A stretch of 63,402 nucleotides of DNA, counting the filler, from Octopus bimaculoides (Eukaryota): assembly GCF_001194135.2 (NCBI RefSeq). It is 6 parts of 6 records of this genome, joined end to end, with 100 filler letters (N's around TTAATTAATTAA, not from the genome) between each part and the next. Parts side by side here need not be neighbours in the genome. Positions count along the whole stretch, not along the records: positions 7,728 to 18,506 come from NC_068981.1; positions 18,607 to 50,295 come from NC_068993.1; 4 more parts are not named here. One strand, written 5' to 3'. Positions 11,249 to 24,446 of this stretch are shown in pieces (position 1 is the stretch's first letter; the number at the start of each line of letters is the position of its first letter). A model generated the notes under the pieces. The model did not search any database, was not told where the DNA came from, and saw nothing but the letters and a program-made list of their open reading frames with translations. Position numbers and translations under genes: made by a program.

Positions 11249-13429
11249 TATATGTATGTATATATGTATGTATGTAAGTATGTATGTATATATGCATGTA
11301 TGTAAGTATGTATGTATATATGAATGTTTATAGCTGCTACATGCATACATATACACTATATGTAATAATTGAATTATTCTTATAAAAAGAGGATTTTTCT
11401 AAGTAAAGAACAACGCTCCATTATTGGAATTTAAAAATAAAAATACAAAAGAGTAATGAATTACACCTTGAATTTTAGAAAAAGCCTTACATATTCGAAC
11501 TGTTCTTATCAAAAAATGAATTTGTCCGATACGTGTTAGATAATGTGTTTCTTAACCGAAAACTTCACCTTTTGTCGACTGTTAGTTAAACACTAAATAA
11601 CACAGCCAAGTACATCAATAATTATAGGCACAATTGGAAGTGTATAATCTGTTTATAAATACAGCTTAAAGCCGTTTACTATAGCGTTCTCTTTCTCATT
11701 AGTTTTGAATGAAATAGATTATGTTAGGCCGTTGACTTCCACAAGAGTACATGTTTTGTTTTCTGTCTCAAACATTCAGGACTTGTTTGTATCTAGTGGA
11801 AGTTTAGACTGAAATTCACTACCAATATTTCTTACAGTAGAATATATAAATTTATACAAATCAGGAATGTTTTGTATATTTGTTCCATTGTGCTCTTTTT
11901 AAAAAATGCCGTTGCGCATTGTTTTGACAACAACGCCAAGCCACATGTTTGCTGATATAATTTTGGTCAATTGCTGATTACTGGTGATGTGTAAATGACT
12001 TCTAGAAAAATATTACGTGATCGATATTTTCGTATCTACATGGTTTAAGGATTTCGTGTTTCTAGCATTCAACAGGTATTTAGTAGCTATGTCATGCACT
12101 TGGATTACAAAAGCACAACCTTCGAAATTCAGTGAAGTGAGTGCTAACACTTCTTGATCGTGTTAGTATCATTGTGAAGCTTTCAGAAAACACACTCGTC
12201 TATATTTTCTCGATGGTTTCAAGAATGTTTCTGTTTCAGATCTTTGTTGAAGTACGTTCGTTCACCAGTTTCGAGGTCGCATGAAACATCGCCGGGAACC
12301 GATGCTGTCTCTGGACTGACCTTAAGCCTCTTATTTTTTTTTTTTTTCATAGAGTCAATCGATGTCACTATTTCTATGGAAGTTGTCACGATGTTGCGAA
12401 TCTTAAGTTGATGGAATGGATATCTTATGAAGTCAAATATCCCAAATATTGCCACCAGTTTCTGCAAATGCAATATGAGAGATTGTTTTGCAAGAGGAAA
12501 GCTTTTACTGCCATAGTTTTAAAGGTTAGCTCTATGGTCTCTATCATTGTTTGCGATATGTATGTATAAAACATTTTAGTAGATACTTAGGCGAGTAGAT
12601 ACTTGCGTGTATTTAGTACTCCCTGCTTGAAACAGAAGGTATAGAAAGGCAATAGTCAACGTTTTGCGTTCATAAAGCAGTTTCCCTGACATTCAGCTAT
12701 TAATTTCCTTGGCCAAGTACTATCGCTATACCAGCTGAAAATATTGTTATTAATCTAACGGTTTCTCTGCATTGTAGTTATTTCCGGTGTAGATCTTTAG
12801 ATAATCAACAAAAGAATTGTAAATTACATTCGCATCTTAGCTACTAAGGCAAGCCAGATAGTATATATTGTTTTATTTTTTTCTGAGATGGTCTTTCCTT
12901 TTATCTTCCAGCTTGAGGGTAAGTAGAAAAATTTATGGTTAATGATACTTTGTTAATGTAGTTGGCTTCACTAACGTAGTTTCTCTTTTGACTCCATTAC
13001 CAAAAAATGACTATACCAATGGATCATCATGATCATCATTATTCATAAAGTTTGCTACAAGCTTATGAAAGTAGTGGAGATTTTTATTATTCCAAATATG
13101 GTATATAGCGACTACTAGAATGAATTGCATACATCCTGGTATACCAAAAATGCTATTATGTCACACATCAATGGTCTTTCCTGCATGAGAAATTCGGCAA
13201 AAGCAGCATTATTTTCATTACCTCTTTTTCATTGGTATGGACTGGAGGATGGGACTGTGCTCATTGCATTTGTAGGGCCTCCTATGTCGATGAGACGGAC
13301 GAGGTTAATTTTCCACTTGAAAGTTTCAAAATGAAGATTTCAGCTAAAAAAAACAACCCCAAACAAAATAACACAACCAAACAGGGGTGGAACGGGAATT
13401 TCAGACAGCCGACTTTCTGAGGATAAAGA

Positions 13430-14120
13430 TTAGGTATAGCGATTAGTCCTGATTCTGGTAGTGGTTGGATTCGATATGGGTAGCAAGAGCCGGTGAGACA
13501 AGTGAGTGTAGTGTATCTGAGCGAAGGTGGTATGCAACCAGCCAGCTCCTAAGAGAGGAGATAATTTGAGCTGTGGTTGGAAAATAGACGAGAGATGTGT
13601 ACTATAGGTTGATGTGTGTTCGTGTGCTGCTTAATGCTCGCCATTTAGTTGAATCACTTTTATTGGATTCGTTTCAGGACATCTGGTTGTGTAGTAACAG
13701 CTCATTCCCAAATATGAGAATAATATATTGCAGGTGTGACAAGATGTCTAGATGTAGAGGGATGAAATATTTCCTGGTCCTTTATTTTATTGTCGAACGT
13801 TTTCTAGATCACTGTTTATAGAATCATGGCGGGTTTAGCACAAGGTGGAGTAGAAAGGGGATAATTTTGGATGAGATTTACGGAGTGTGTGCAGTATGGA
13901 ATTGGGTGCACAGCGGAAAGTAAAAGCAGAGACTTCTTATTTGGAGAAGACTTTGCTGGATCCCACAAGCAATCTTGCTTCAGTTAAATTTATTGTTCTT
14001 AGGATAGGATTCTCAACTTATCTCTTGGATTGGAATATTCTTTTTTGTCAGATAGCTAAATCGAAGCTTGCCTTGACAGGAAGCACGCTGGCTCACTTTC
14101 TACGAACTTCGCGGTAAATC
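13430..14120 (-). mobile_element. Decayed L2/CR1-group LINE, C-terminal RT region
   Basis: RKYFIP...PAIYYSHIWE*AVTTQPDVLKRIQ*K...HQPIVH...ELAGCIPP resembles the YxSHIW...RIQxKA...QPLxHRR...ELAxxIPP pattern; many stops. Confidence 0.55.
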
Positions 14121-14722
14121 AGGGGCCGATTATATCTCTCAAGTCCTTTTCTCTTGACTTAATTAGTTCCTTGCTGTTTTTTCTAACCACACCTATTCTT
14201 ATGTACAACTAAGTAATACCGCATTAGACCTGCACTTCTCCCAAAGTACATACAACAACGCAGTCTCATTTAACAACACCTAACACAATGGCCACACACC
14301 CTGGATGTGCTGCTGGACAAAAGGGTGGGAGAGATAGATGGTGTCTATATCTGTTCGCGACTGCATAGGCACCTAAAATAATTAGCGAAAGTATGGTACA
14401 TGTTGCCAAGCTGTTCTCATTTGCGGGTGATGGTGACTCCCTATCCTTTAACATTTATGCATATGGCTCCTTACTCAACACACCTAACCTTTCAAAGTAG
14501 CTTCAAATATTAGGCTTCATAAACTTTAGTAATCTCTCACGGTGACTGGTGTATATTACTGTTGCCAACATTTCAGAGCTAGTTGACAGTTCAGTTTGAT
14601 TTCTTGCATCATTGCTTCATGACTTAAAAGTAGTAGACAGCAACTGATCAGACTTAGGTGCGACTCATATCAAAATATTGATTACATATTTATGATGTTG
14701 CTACTGATGCTACACAACCTGC

Positions 14723-14782
<60 letters not shown>

Positions 14783-14789
14783 AAGCAAA

Positions 14790-15150
14790 AAAACAATCCA
14801 GGTGACTGGCAAAAACCGAAACCCCCCAGTATGATAGTCACAACTCCAGAGACACTCTATCGTCTCTCTCTGTCTTCTCTATAGTTACTGTAAGGGTCAT
14901 TGTTCCTCTGAACTAGCAAAGTGTGCTTCATCTCAGTTGGAAGTCCTACTGTGTTAGCCACCTCTCTTCTTTTAGTCATCTTCACTGAATCTACATTAAC
15001 CAGATCACTTTTAGATCTTACACTATACACCGTATTGAACCATTCCTCCATAGAACTACAATCTTTAGAATTTCCTCTTGGTTCACATTTTATCCCAGCA
15101 TGCATCAAAGGAAGGATCTTCAATCAGGATCTCAACTGCATTGATTCGCT
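14790..15150 (+). mobile_element. Decayed L2/CR1-group LINE 3' end (opposite orientation to the 13.4-14.1 kb copy)
   Basis: VSLCLLYSYCKGHCSSELAKC...FLHRTTIFRISS matches the CLFYRYxxGxCSxELA...FFPRTxxLWNSLP pattern. Confidence 0.5.
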
Positions 15151-15179
15151 ATAGGTCCTGCTTGGTGTTTAGCCTCGAA

Positions 15180-15237
15180 TCATCCCTGACGAGTAAAACT
15201 TAAGATCTATGATCGAAAGTACTCCAAGCATGACCAC
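15180..15237 (+). ncRNA. Degenerate hammerhead-like motif
   Basis: CUGACGA-G...C-GAA-AGUACU-C has a canonical core, palindromic stem III and CUC triplet, but stems I and II pair poorly. Confidence 0.3.
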
Positions 15238-16496
15238 TCTCCTTCTCTCGGACATTGAGTGTCTGGGATTATTCCCTTAACAAGACTGGGGAATGTGACT
15301 GTTATTGTTAGTGAGCTAAGTAACAAACTAGTAACTCCTTCTTTGGTTGGTCAAGTTATAAATAAATATAGTAATGTGCACTATGCTTTTCTAACTACAA
15401 GAAGAAGTACACGAATGGATTCGTCTATAACCACGAACTCGCAGATTTAAATGATTAATTTATAGAATATTTCACAAATAGAAGGCAGACAGAAGAATTT
15501 TAATTTCGGTTGACTTGTCTTCTCTCCAGGGAGTTTTTCCCGTCGTTCGTATACTTAAAAACCACTGAAATCGGATATCGTCGCTAGTATTTTGAGGTGG
15601 TACTGTCTCCTTCGTGACTTTTGAGGCTTTTGTAGATATTAGTGTGTTTGTGAGCTAAGTTCTAATGTGAGAAAGATTTAGTAGTAAAATTAGCTACTAA
15701 GATTTCGTTAACAGATCTCTTTTTTAATGTGAAGAAAAAAAAAAGAACCTCAGAACAAATAAGAAACTGTTTATTGCTATATAAAATAATTTTACTACCA
15801 AGGATATTTCAAAAATTTAAAATAACTATACGAAATAATGAATAAATAAATATATAACATTATTCACATACGAAATGATAAATCTATTGCTAAGTTAGTT
15901 AATACATGCACACAACAAATGTAGACAGAAAGTATTGTCATCACAGAATAGAACCACAAGGATAGAGCAAATAAAAACGACACTGTAGATGTATGGAGAT
16001 CATGCTTTGTTTTATTTATTTATTTATTGTCTAGTGAGTGCATGTGTGTATATTTTTTGTTGATGGTGCTAACTATTTCTACAGAGTTTCTCATGCTGAG
16101 TTTCATGAACTAATTTGAACATGACTTGAAGCAAATTGTCATTAATTTTATTACAAAATAACGTCAGAATGTGACAGTCGTACTACTGCAAAGCTGGGAT
16201 AATTTGTTCAACAAGGATGAATATGGAGAGAAAATAGTCAGTTATCTACAGATATAGGCATCTGGAGAAACAATAACGAAGAGACACAAAATGTAAGTGA
16301 TGAGTAAGTAGGCTAATAGAACCCAATGATGGCAATATCAGTTTGCTGAAATCATATTTGCTAAATGAAACGCGTTACTGTTTTCTCTTCATTTAAACAC
16401 CGTGTGGTACAGAGGTGCGTTTATCACAACACGCCTCCATACTACACAAAAACCATGTTGCTCTCGAAATCATAACATTTCAACCCTAAAACCCAC

Positions 16497-16826
16497 TTGT
16501 TGTTGGCACTCCGTCGCTTACGACGTCGAGGGTTCCAGTTGATCCTATCAACGGAACAGCCTGCTCGTGAAATTAACGTGCAAGTGGCTGAGCACTCCAC
16601 AGACACGTGTACCCTCAACGTAGTTCTCAGGGGTATTCAGCGTGACACAGTGTGACAAGGCTGACCCTTTGAATTACAGGCTCAACAGAAACAGGATGTA
16701 AGAGTGAGTGAAAGTTGTGGTGGAAGAGTACAGCAGGGTTCGCCACCATCCCCTGCCGGAGCCTCGTGGAGCTTTAGGTGTTTTCGCTCAATAAACACTC
16801 ACAACGCCCGGTCTGGGAATCAAAAC
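16497..16826 (-). mobile_element. SINE family C variant (shares its 3' half with the 28.4 kb copy)
   Basis: GTTGATCC.ATC.ACGGAACAG.CTGCTCGTGAAA...CAGACAC.TGT...GACAAGGCTG is shared with 28460-28600; the middle region differs. Confidence 0.7.
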
Positions 16827-17379
16827 TCACTTATATAAAACCCAGTAAATCTTTAAACAGATTAATGTCATTTGTCCCTTAGAAAATTAGCTTTGGATTT
16901 CGTGGGCTTCTTTGCACCTGGTAATGCCTTTTCAGCTAATTTACTCTTTACTTTTTCATTGAAATACTCTAAAAAGAATTAAGATGTAATTTCTGAAATG
17001 TATAAAAATAATTATAATACATTTTCATCGAAAGAAAAAATGCTTTGTTTCCACGACAAGAACCATCTCCACTCTATGTAAGATGTACTTTATTACCTGG
17101 GCACTTTACTTCAATTCTAGAGGTTAATACTCTTAATTAATACGTACCGGAGTCATAGAAGTGTATAGATCAAGATAGGCAACCCATTGTACATGTACCA
17201 AAAGTATTTTTCCCTTGTTGGTAACAAATAGTACATGAAACATTCGTCTATAATTGATCAATGCACGTTTGATACTTTAAAGTGATGGTAAGTGTTAATT
17301 CAATGAAAAAATGGAGAAATAAGTTCTTATATAAAGAGGGTCCCTCAGGAAAACCGTTGTTCATTGTTTGTGAAAATTA

Positions 17380-17800
17380 TTTTATCACAGAACATAAGAC
17401 ATCATCTTAATAGATACACCAAAATGCAACACTGAAAGTAATGTATGAGTTTGAGAGGCGGAAATAACATGTAATTGAAAGGAAGAAATCAATAGAAGGA
17501 AGTTGTGAATGTCTTTCGTCGAAAGAAACGTCCCATGAAATTACTTTAGCGCTACCAAAAAGTGGAAGCCTTTCTTTCTGATAGAAAAATAATTGTTTCC
17601 AAATATTTGAGATAAAAATATTGAAAAGAATGTAGATAAAATTGCTCTTTCAAATAAAGCAGTTATGAGACTCACTGAACAATTCTCTCACGATGTATTT
17701 ATGAAACTAGCAAGTGGAAGGTTATTTTTTCTATGCTCGTACTTTATTTTCTGCAGTTTTAGACGAAGTTATCAACATTTGTGATTAGCATTTTTCTAAC
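17380..17800 (+). mobile_element. Highly decayed hAT (Charlie/GTF2IRD2-like) transposase remnant
   Basis: ATKKWKPF...KIALSNKAVMRLTEQFSHDVFMKL...FSAVLDEVINICD resembles AKKxKPF...ISLSxxTVxRRIxxxSxD...FSxxLDESTD; several frameshifts are needed. Confidence 0.4.
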
Positions 17801-18134
17801 AAGAATCAATGTCAATTTAGAGTTGGTCATATATCACATATGGGTAAAACAAACAAGAGGATCAGATATATTTAACAAAGTAAAGTCGTGCTTGTAAAAC
17901 TTACAAATAAATTTTAGTAGAAGTATTCTTAAGTATTCTTAATCAGTATTCTTAAGGACGGAGCTCTATCAATGATCATTCAGACCAGTGGATCTCTAAA
18001 ATAGCATTGCATCATACACCAAAAAACGTTGTGTGGAAAAACACACTGAACTTGCAGCATGTTATGTTAACAGTTGCAAAATGCATGAATAACGAGCAAG
18101 AGCATTAAACAGACAAACATTATTATCATTATTA

Positions 18135-18169
<35 letters not shown>

Positions 18170-18193
18170 CCGTCCATACCGTCCAACAGTGAC

Positions 18194-18506
18194 TCCGTAG
18201 TGGGACGCTGGACGGACGGACCGGTTAAACTGCTCGGGGTCTGGTTCAGTCCGGACCTCCAAATGGATAAGAACTGGGACGAGATTACCAGTAGAGTGAT
18301 CAAACTCAGCCAAACATGGGCTGAGAGAAAGTTATCTCTAAAAGGCCGGGCGGAGGTGGCTAATGTGTATATCGCATCAGTCATCGATTACCGCCTGACC
18401 GTCGTGCCTTGTCCCGATGCCACCATCACGAAACTAGAACGCATACTTTTCCGCTTTCTGTGGAAGGGTGGCGTTCCGATGGTGAGGCGATCCATTTGCT
18501 GTCAGC
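18194..18506 (+). mobile_element. L1-clade (Tx1-like) LINE ORF2 fragment, uninterrupted and GC-rich
   Basis: WTDGPVKLLGVWFSPDLQMDKNWDEITSRV...WAERKLSLKGRAEVANVYIASVIDYRLTVVPCP...LERILFRFLWKG...VRRSICCQ has no stops; 5' truncated, runs into a gap. Confidence 0.85.
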
Positions 18507-18606
18507 NNNNNNNNNNNNNNNNNNNNNNNNNNNNNNNNNNNNNNNNNNNNTTAATTAATTAANNNNNNNNNNNNNNNNNNNNNNNNNNNNNNNNNNNNNN
18601 NNNNNN

Positions 18607-19222
18607 ACTGTGATGGTTAATTTAGTGGTGGTTGTGGTTGTGCTAGTGGTGTTAACAATGATGCTAGTGGCGATGGTGTAGGTGAGAGAAATAATGGTTC
18701 TGGTATTGGCGCTGACGGTCATGGTGGTTGTGGTGGTGGTGGTGATGGCGGTGGTGGTATCATGGTCGTATTAATGATGTCATTGATAAGTTATTGTTGT
18801 TCTTGTTAGGCATGTTGCTGCTGGATGTGGCGGTTTTATATTCATTTAGAGTTGTTCTTGTAGCTGCTACTGTGGTTCATAATTTTAGAGTCGTTTTTAT
18901 TTCTGTTATTGTCGTTGTTGTTGTGCCACTAATCTTGCAAAGCGTTTGTAATCGAATGCTAATGACATCAAATCTGAAATTGATTTATATATTTATTTCA
19001 TCAGCAACAAGCACAACAACGTCTTTGTCATCATCACTCTCCTCTTCCTCTTAGTCGTCGTCACGTCGTCGTCGTCATCGTCATCGTCGTCGTCGTCGTC
19101 ATCATCATCACCATCATCAACATCATCAACACCATGATTACCGCTTACGCCACCACCGCCAAATTACACAAACATCACCATCATCATCATCATCATCTTC
19201 ATCACCTTCATCATCTTCGTCG

Positions 19223-19275
<53 letters not shown>

Positions 19276-19530
19276 TTCATCACCACCACCATCATCACAT
19301 TTATCATCAACTTCCTCCTGGTCGTCATCGTTGTTACCCTTATCCACATCCTCGCCCCCCCCCGTCTGAACTGCTACACGCCCTCTGCCAACAATAACAC
19401 TTCTACTACAACCATCTGGAATACCTCCAGCTTCACCACCACAAACATTGTTACCCACACCCGCCTCCGCCTCCACCTTCACCTACTCCTTTATCATCAC
19501 TATACTACTTCATCATCATCATCATCACCG

Positions 19531-19569
<39 letters not shown>

Positions 19570-19868
19570 CCATCATCGACAACAACCTTCCCCCTCCCTC
19601 CTTCTTAACGTCTACCGCATTCTCGTCCTCCTCCTCCTTTCTCTTTATCTCCATCTTCCCATCTTTCTCCTATCCACCATATCTGATCTTTCTTACACAA
19701 TTTATTTTCCCGCCCACACCCCTCCTCTCTCTTATTCCTCCTGTGTTCTCTACCCTCACCCTCATTTGTCACATCTCTTTCTTTTCCATTCTGTACTGTT
19801 TTTTTTTTCTTCTTCACTCATTTACTTGTGCTCTTAAGTCGATACACGATGTTGTTGTTAGTGATGAC

Positions 19869-19900
<32 letters not shown>

Positions 19901-19908
19901 CGACGATG
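18607..19908. repeat. Compound trinucleotide low-complexity block (GTG/GTT, CAT/CGT, CCT, GAC)
   Basis: Directly visible; it generates the spurious poly-His/Asp/Met ORFs. Confidence 0.95.
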
Positions 19909-20049
19909 NNNNNNNNNNNNNNNNNNNNNNNNNNNNNNNNNNNNNNNNNNNNNNNNNNNNNNNNNNNNNNNNNNNNNNNNNNNNNNNNNNNNNNNNNNNN
20001 NNNNNNNNNNNNNNNNNNNNNNNNNNNAACACACGAGTGCGACGCATTT

Positions 20050-20310
20050 GTTGAATCGCAAGAATATCGGAAAATTGACTTGCGGTAGTTGTTCTTACTC
20101 TACGTTCTGAGATCAATTTCCTCAATGGCCAACTTTGAAACACCTTTCTTTGGGACGATAATATAAGAATTACTTGGATTATAAATGAAATAGCTCTGAA
20201 GATGCATTTTGAATTTGCTAAGTTGTTTTCGATAAAAAAGCTAAATTTGAACAATTTAGAAATTTCTCTCAAAATTACTGGCCTTGTACCTAAGTTAGAA
20301 ATCATTATCT
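20050..20310 (+). mobile_element. SINE family B, decayed
   Basis: CTACGTTCTGAGATCAATTTC...GGGACGATAAT...CTGGCCTTGTACC matches the reverse complement of the 62545-62777 copy. Confidence 0.5.
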
Positions 20311-21069
20311 TTTTAACATTTTTATGTCATATTCCGCTGCACCGTCGCATTTTTCACTCTCCTATACCTGATAAATGCAGGCAGTATTGACATCAAGTAC
20401 GCCTATTATTTTATTGTAGGCTTTATTTATTTCATTCTGGTGTTCCTTTAGTGATTCGTCATTTTGTGTTGTGTATCATATATTTTGATATCTTAGGTAA
20501 GATATTTTGTTGAACGTGGATTTTCGTTTCCACGTGTTGCATATATTCTTTAAAATTGTTTGATGTTGACTGTGCAGAGCATATATTGTATGACGTTTGT
20601 TATAACTATTTTGTGGCGACTGTGAAAATAAGTGTTCTGTTTGAGTTGTGATATTAGTTTAAAATTGTCTTGAGTAAGACATGGTTGTGCCTAAGAAAAC
20701 TTTGATCTTACTCTCTACAGTTGTAATCCACCGTATTTTTCTTGATATTTTTTTTATTATACGTGATATTCTTTATTATATCAAATGCTTTCCCTTTTGT
20801 ACCCCGTATAGGCTTATTAAAATTTGTTTGCTAGTTTATCGACAGTTTCAAGAAGAAAGTTTCGATATTATATCGGAAACCTTTGCCTTAACTGTCCTCT
20901 CCCTCAACAGGGATTTCTTGGATCAACGTAACCAGATACGTGAAAGTTTAATGTACTGTAAATTAGTTTACCGTCGGGTAATGTCACAAGAGACGCAACG
21001 GATGAATCGATGCTGCATGTATATATAAATTAACATTGTAGTGACTTGGTGACATGCAGAAGATACGGT

Positions 21070-21300
21070 CGGTTGTTTCTCGTTGTTAATAGCACACGCA
21101 GAACGTGATTAATTATATTGCATTTATAGTATTTTTTGTAGGAGCCGTTGATCTCGTATAGCTAAATTTTGTTTTCTGTTGTTAGACTTGGGCATTCAAC
21201 AATTGTCGCCTTTCAATTCCACATGTCCTAACATATGAAACTTACTGGCTTGCACTCCATTTTACTTTTGTATATTTAGGAATTCCATTCTAAATTTATT
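21070..21300 (-). mobile_element. Possible R4/Dong-type LINE remnant
   Basis: LTTENK..LAIRDQRL resembles LKxETEG..AIQDQxL; very decayed. Confidence 0.25.
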
Positions 21301-22737
21301 TTTTGGGTCCTCTGCACTTTTTATTTGCTTTGACCTCATCTAAAAGTCTCTATTTATTGCAATTACCTTCCTGTCTGTAATTTTATAGTTTCTTAATATA
21401 CAAAACTAAAGGTTCTTTATATTTCTACAGATTTCCTTATTACATTAATCTATTCCCCTTCACTTCTCTAAACAAATGTTGTCAGGTTCCTATTTGTATC
21501 AAGCAGTGTCATTCCAATGTGCAGGGTATTCCTACCTTATCTCTAAATCTCTTGACTGATGTTTTCAGATCGCTGTAGCAATCTTTCTAATTTTCACGTC
21601 AGATCTCTCCAAATTGTATTAAAAGAAATGAATGTTGTTTATAACTTGGATGGCGTCTGAAAATATCCAAACGTCTGTTAAGTTGCGTCAAGAAAAAGGA
21701 TAGGTTGTTTTTTTGAAAACATCCAGCTGCACGCAACATGTTATATATTTGGAGCGAAGGGAATTTACGGACAACATACCACTAATTACACTGATTAAAT
21801 AAATGTATATAATAAAGAAACATGCAATAACTAAAAATATTTATATATTTACTGGTTGATAAATTAAACATTGAAGATCCGGACAGGATCTTTGCTATTT
21901 ACAAAAGCAAAACCCGTTTGCTTGCGTGTGCTTGTGTATGTTCAAGGGGTAGGTGTAGGGGCAGGCAAAGAAAGTACACTGGTTGGGGACATGCTTCGGG
22001 TTGCGATTATTTTCTTATGGTCATTATATTTTCGCCAACACAGTTGCTAGTGATGACGAATTTATTGATATCGTTGGTGCTACAGCTGTTGCTATTTCAA
22101 TAGATTCTGCTACAGTTCTAGGTCTTTTCGTCGTCGCTGCTGTTGTTACTATAGTTAGCCTTGGTCCAGATGCTGTTAATGTAGCTCGTTGTCAAACATG
22201 CTGCTTCTACTTCTGTAGTTGCACATACAGTGTTTGTTCTTGCAGCGATAGTGTCGTCAACCGTGGGTATCAGCTTTTCTATTTTCTATTACAGTTACTG
22301 GGACAGAAGGCTCTTAAGTGCTTTGTTGTTCCTTAGACGTACCATCTCGTCTGCAAAAGTACTCTTTGTTCATCACCGTTCGGCATGGAGATGAGGTCTG
22401 AGAAGCTTTCTAAGTACCCAGGATTCACATGGACATTAAACGTGTAGTTAAAACAGGTTCTCTCATCTCTTTCTGTTCACATTTGTAACCTTTCGCCGCT
22501 CTCCATAACGAAACGGGGTGATAATATCCACTAGAACTCCGATTTTCGGAGACCCCTAGTATTGTCATCTTCATTAATATTTGTATGAGAGAGCAAAATC
22601 CTCGCTACGGAGTATAAACACTGACTATTCGTAGGCCTTCTTCTTGGCTATTCGTAGGTCAATGGGCGTGCAACATCAACTAATATAACATATGTTGCGC
22701 ACCCAAATTTGAGGCCTTGCGCTTCCAGCAGAAAAAA

Positions 22738-22796
<59 letters not shown>

Positions 22797-22814
22797 TATT
22801 ATTATTATTATTAT

Positions 22815-22965
22815 ACGATTGCGTTCTGAGTTCAAACTCTGTCATCGATGCGGACATTGAATTTCTTACATCGAGAGTCGATAATTTAATTACTAATTAA
22901 TCACTGGGGTCGATATAATCGACTAGCTCACTTCGTTCCCGAAAAAAGTCAGGCCCTGTACCTAT
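22815..22965 (+). mobile_element. SINE family B, decayed, between (TAT)n tracts
   Basis: GCGTTCTGAGTTCAAACTC...GTCGATAA...CACTGGGGTCGATATAATCGACT...GGCCCTGTACC. Confidence 0.55.
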
Positions 22966-22993
22966 AATTGATTATGATTATTATTATTATTAC

Positions 22994-23051
<58 letters not shown>

Positions 23052-23088
23052 ATTATTATTATTATCATCACAATCATCATCATCATCA

Positions 23089-23142
<54 letters not shown>

Positions 23143-23566
23143 GTTGAAATAATATCACCGTTACCGACACTATCACCCACTCCAACATCACCACCGCCAG
23201 TGCAGATCCTAACCCCCACAAACTCAACTATCATTATCACCGTCATCACCATCATTATCATCATCATTATCATCATCATCATCATGACCAGTATACTGAT
23301 GGTCATGTCTAACACTGTCTGCCCGGCTCTCTTCAACCACTCACTGCTGACTTACCGCCGGTAGCAACAACAGACCATTTTAATTGGTCAGTCTCTCAGA
23401 CAGCTCTTCAATGAAGAACAAAACTGATTACTGATTAAAATGGTTTTAACGATCTATTTCTCACTGATTGGAAGTAATTAATTCTTGCGTGTGCTTGTGC
23501 GTGTGTATATCTCTGTCAATGTGAATATCTTTCCATGAATATATACATGTGTAAGTATATATATGC

Positions 23567-23615
<49 letters not shown>

Positions 23616-24446
23616 TATCTACATATCTACATATATATATATATATCCATCTGTATAGAAGCGCAAATTCAACAAAGTAGACATAGGTAGGCGGTGCACG
23701 CTCGCAAATGAAGTTTTGACCTTTTGTTAAAGAATTATCTTCGATATTCCCGTATTTCCAGTTATATTAACAAAGATAATAGCAACACGCTGTCTTGGTT
23801 CTTTAGAAAAATGATGGAAGTACAGTGTGAAAATATCTTGGATAGAAATTAGGAATATAAGAGTCTTTCTCGGAATGTTCGTCTACATAGCTTAAATAAA
23901 TAAATATATATAAACAATTTTGGAATACGTGTGTATTTACATATACATATTAACCGATATACATACATATTTACACAGATAAATGCACACAAGCATACAT
24001 ACACATATACAAATATATGTAGAAGTATTTTTGCATTTTTACATGTATATATTAATATGTAATATATATTTTACCGAAACGTTTTGAATATGCAAGTAAG
24101 GATCCTGTTCTATCATGCCGACCACAATATACTGTTGCTCACTGGTGAACCAGTTTTTCGGGGTAGCATCGAGCTGTACTGAATAATGTAAGATAAACAT
24201 AAAATAACAATAATCGCTCAAACTTCATACTGGTAAAAGTGGATAAGCATTTTTCTGTAGCACATTCATTAATGTTATGTCACCTGAAGAAATGAATCCA
24301 TGTAGATGATCTAACCGATACCCAGAGTTAGAAAGAACTACATTGTAATCATCCCGGGAATACAGACTGTGATTGTAAGAGACATGTGATTTGTAGAAAC
24401 GCGTTTAGCGATCCATTAAATGTTTATAAATTCCATGTTTATAGAT

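Noticed and set aside
11760-13340. Minus-strand stretches that read like decayed protein sequence
   Set aside because: Many stops, and no family motif could be recognised; needs tBLASTx.
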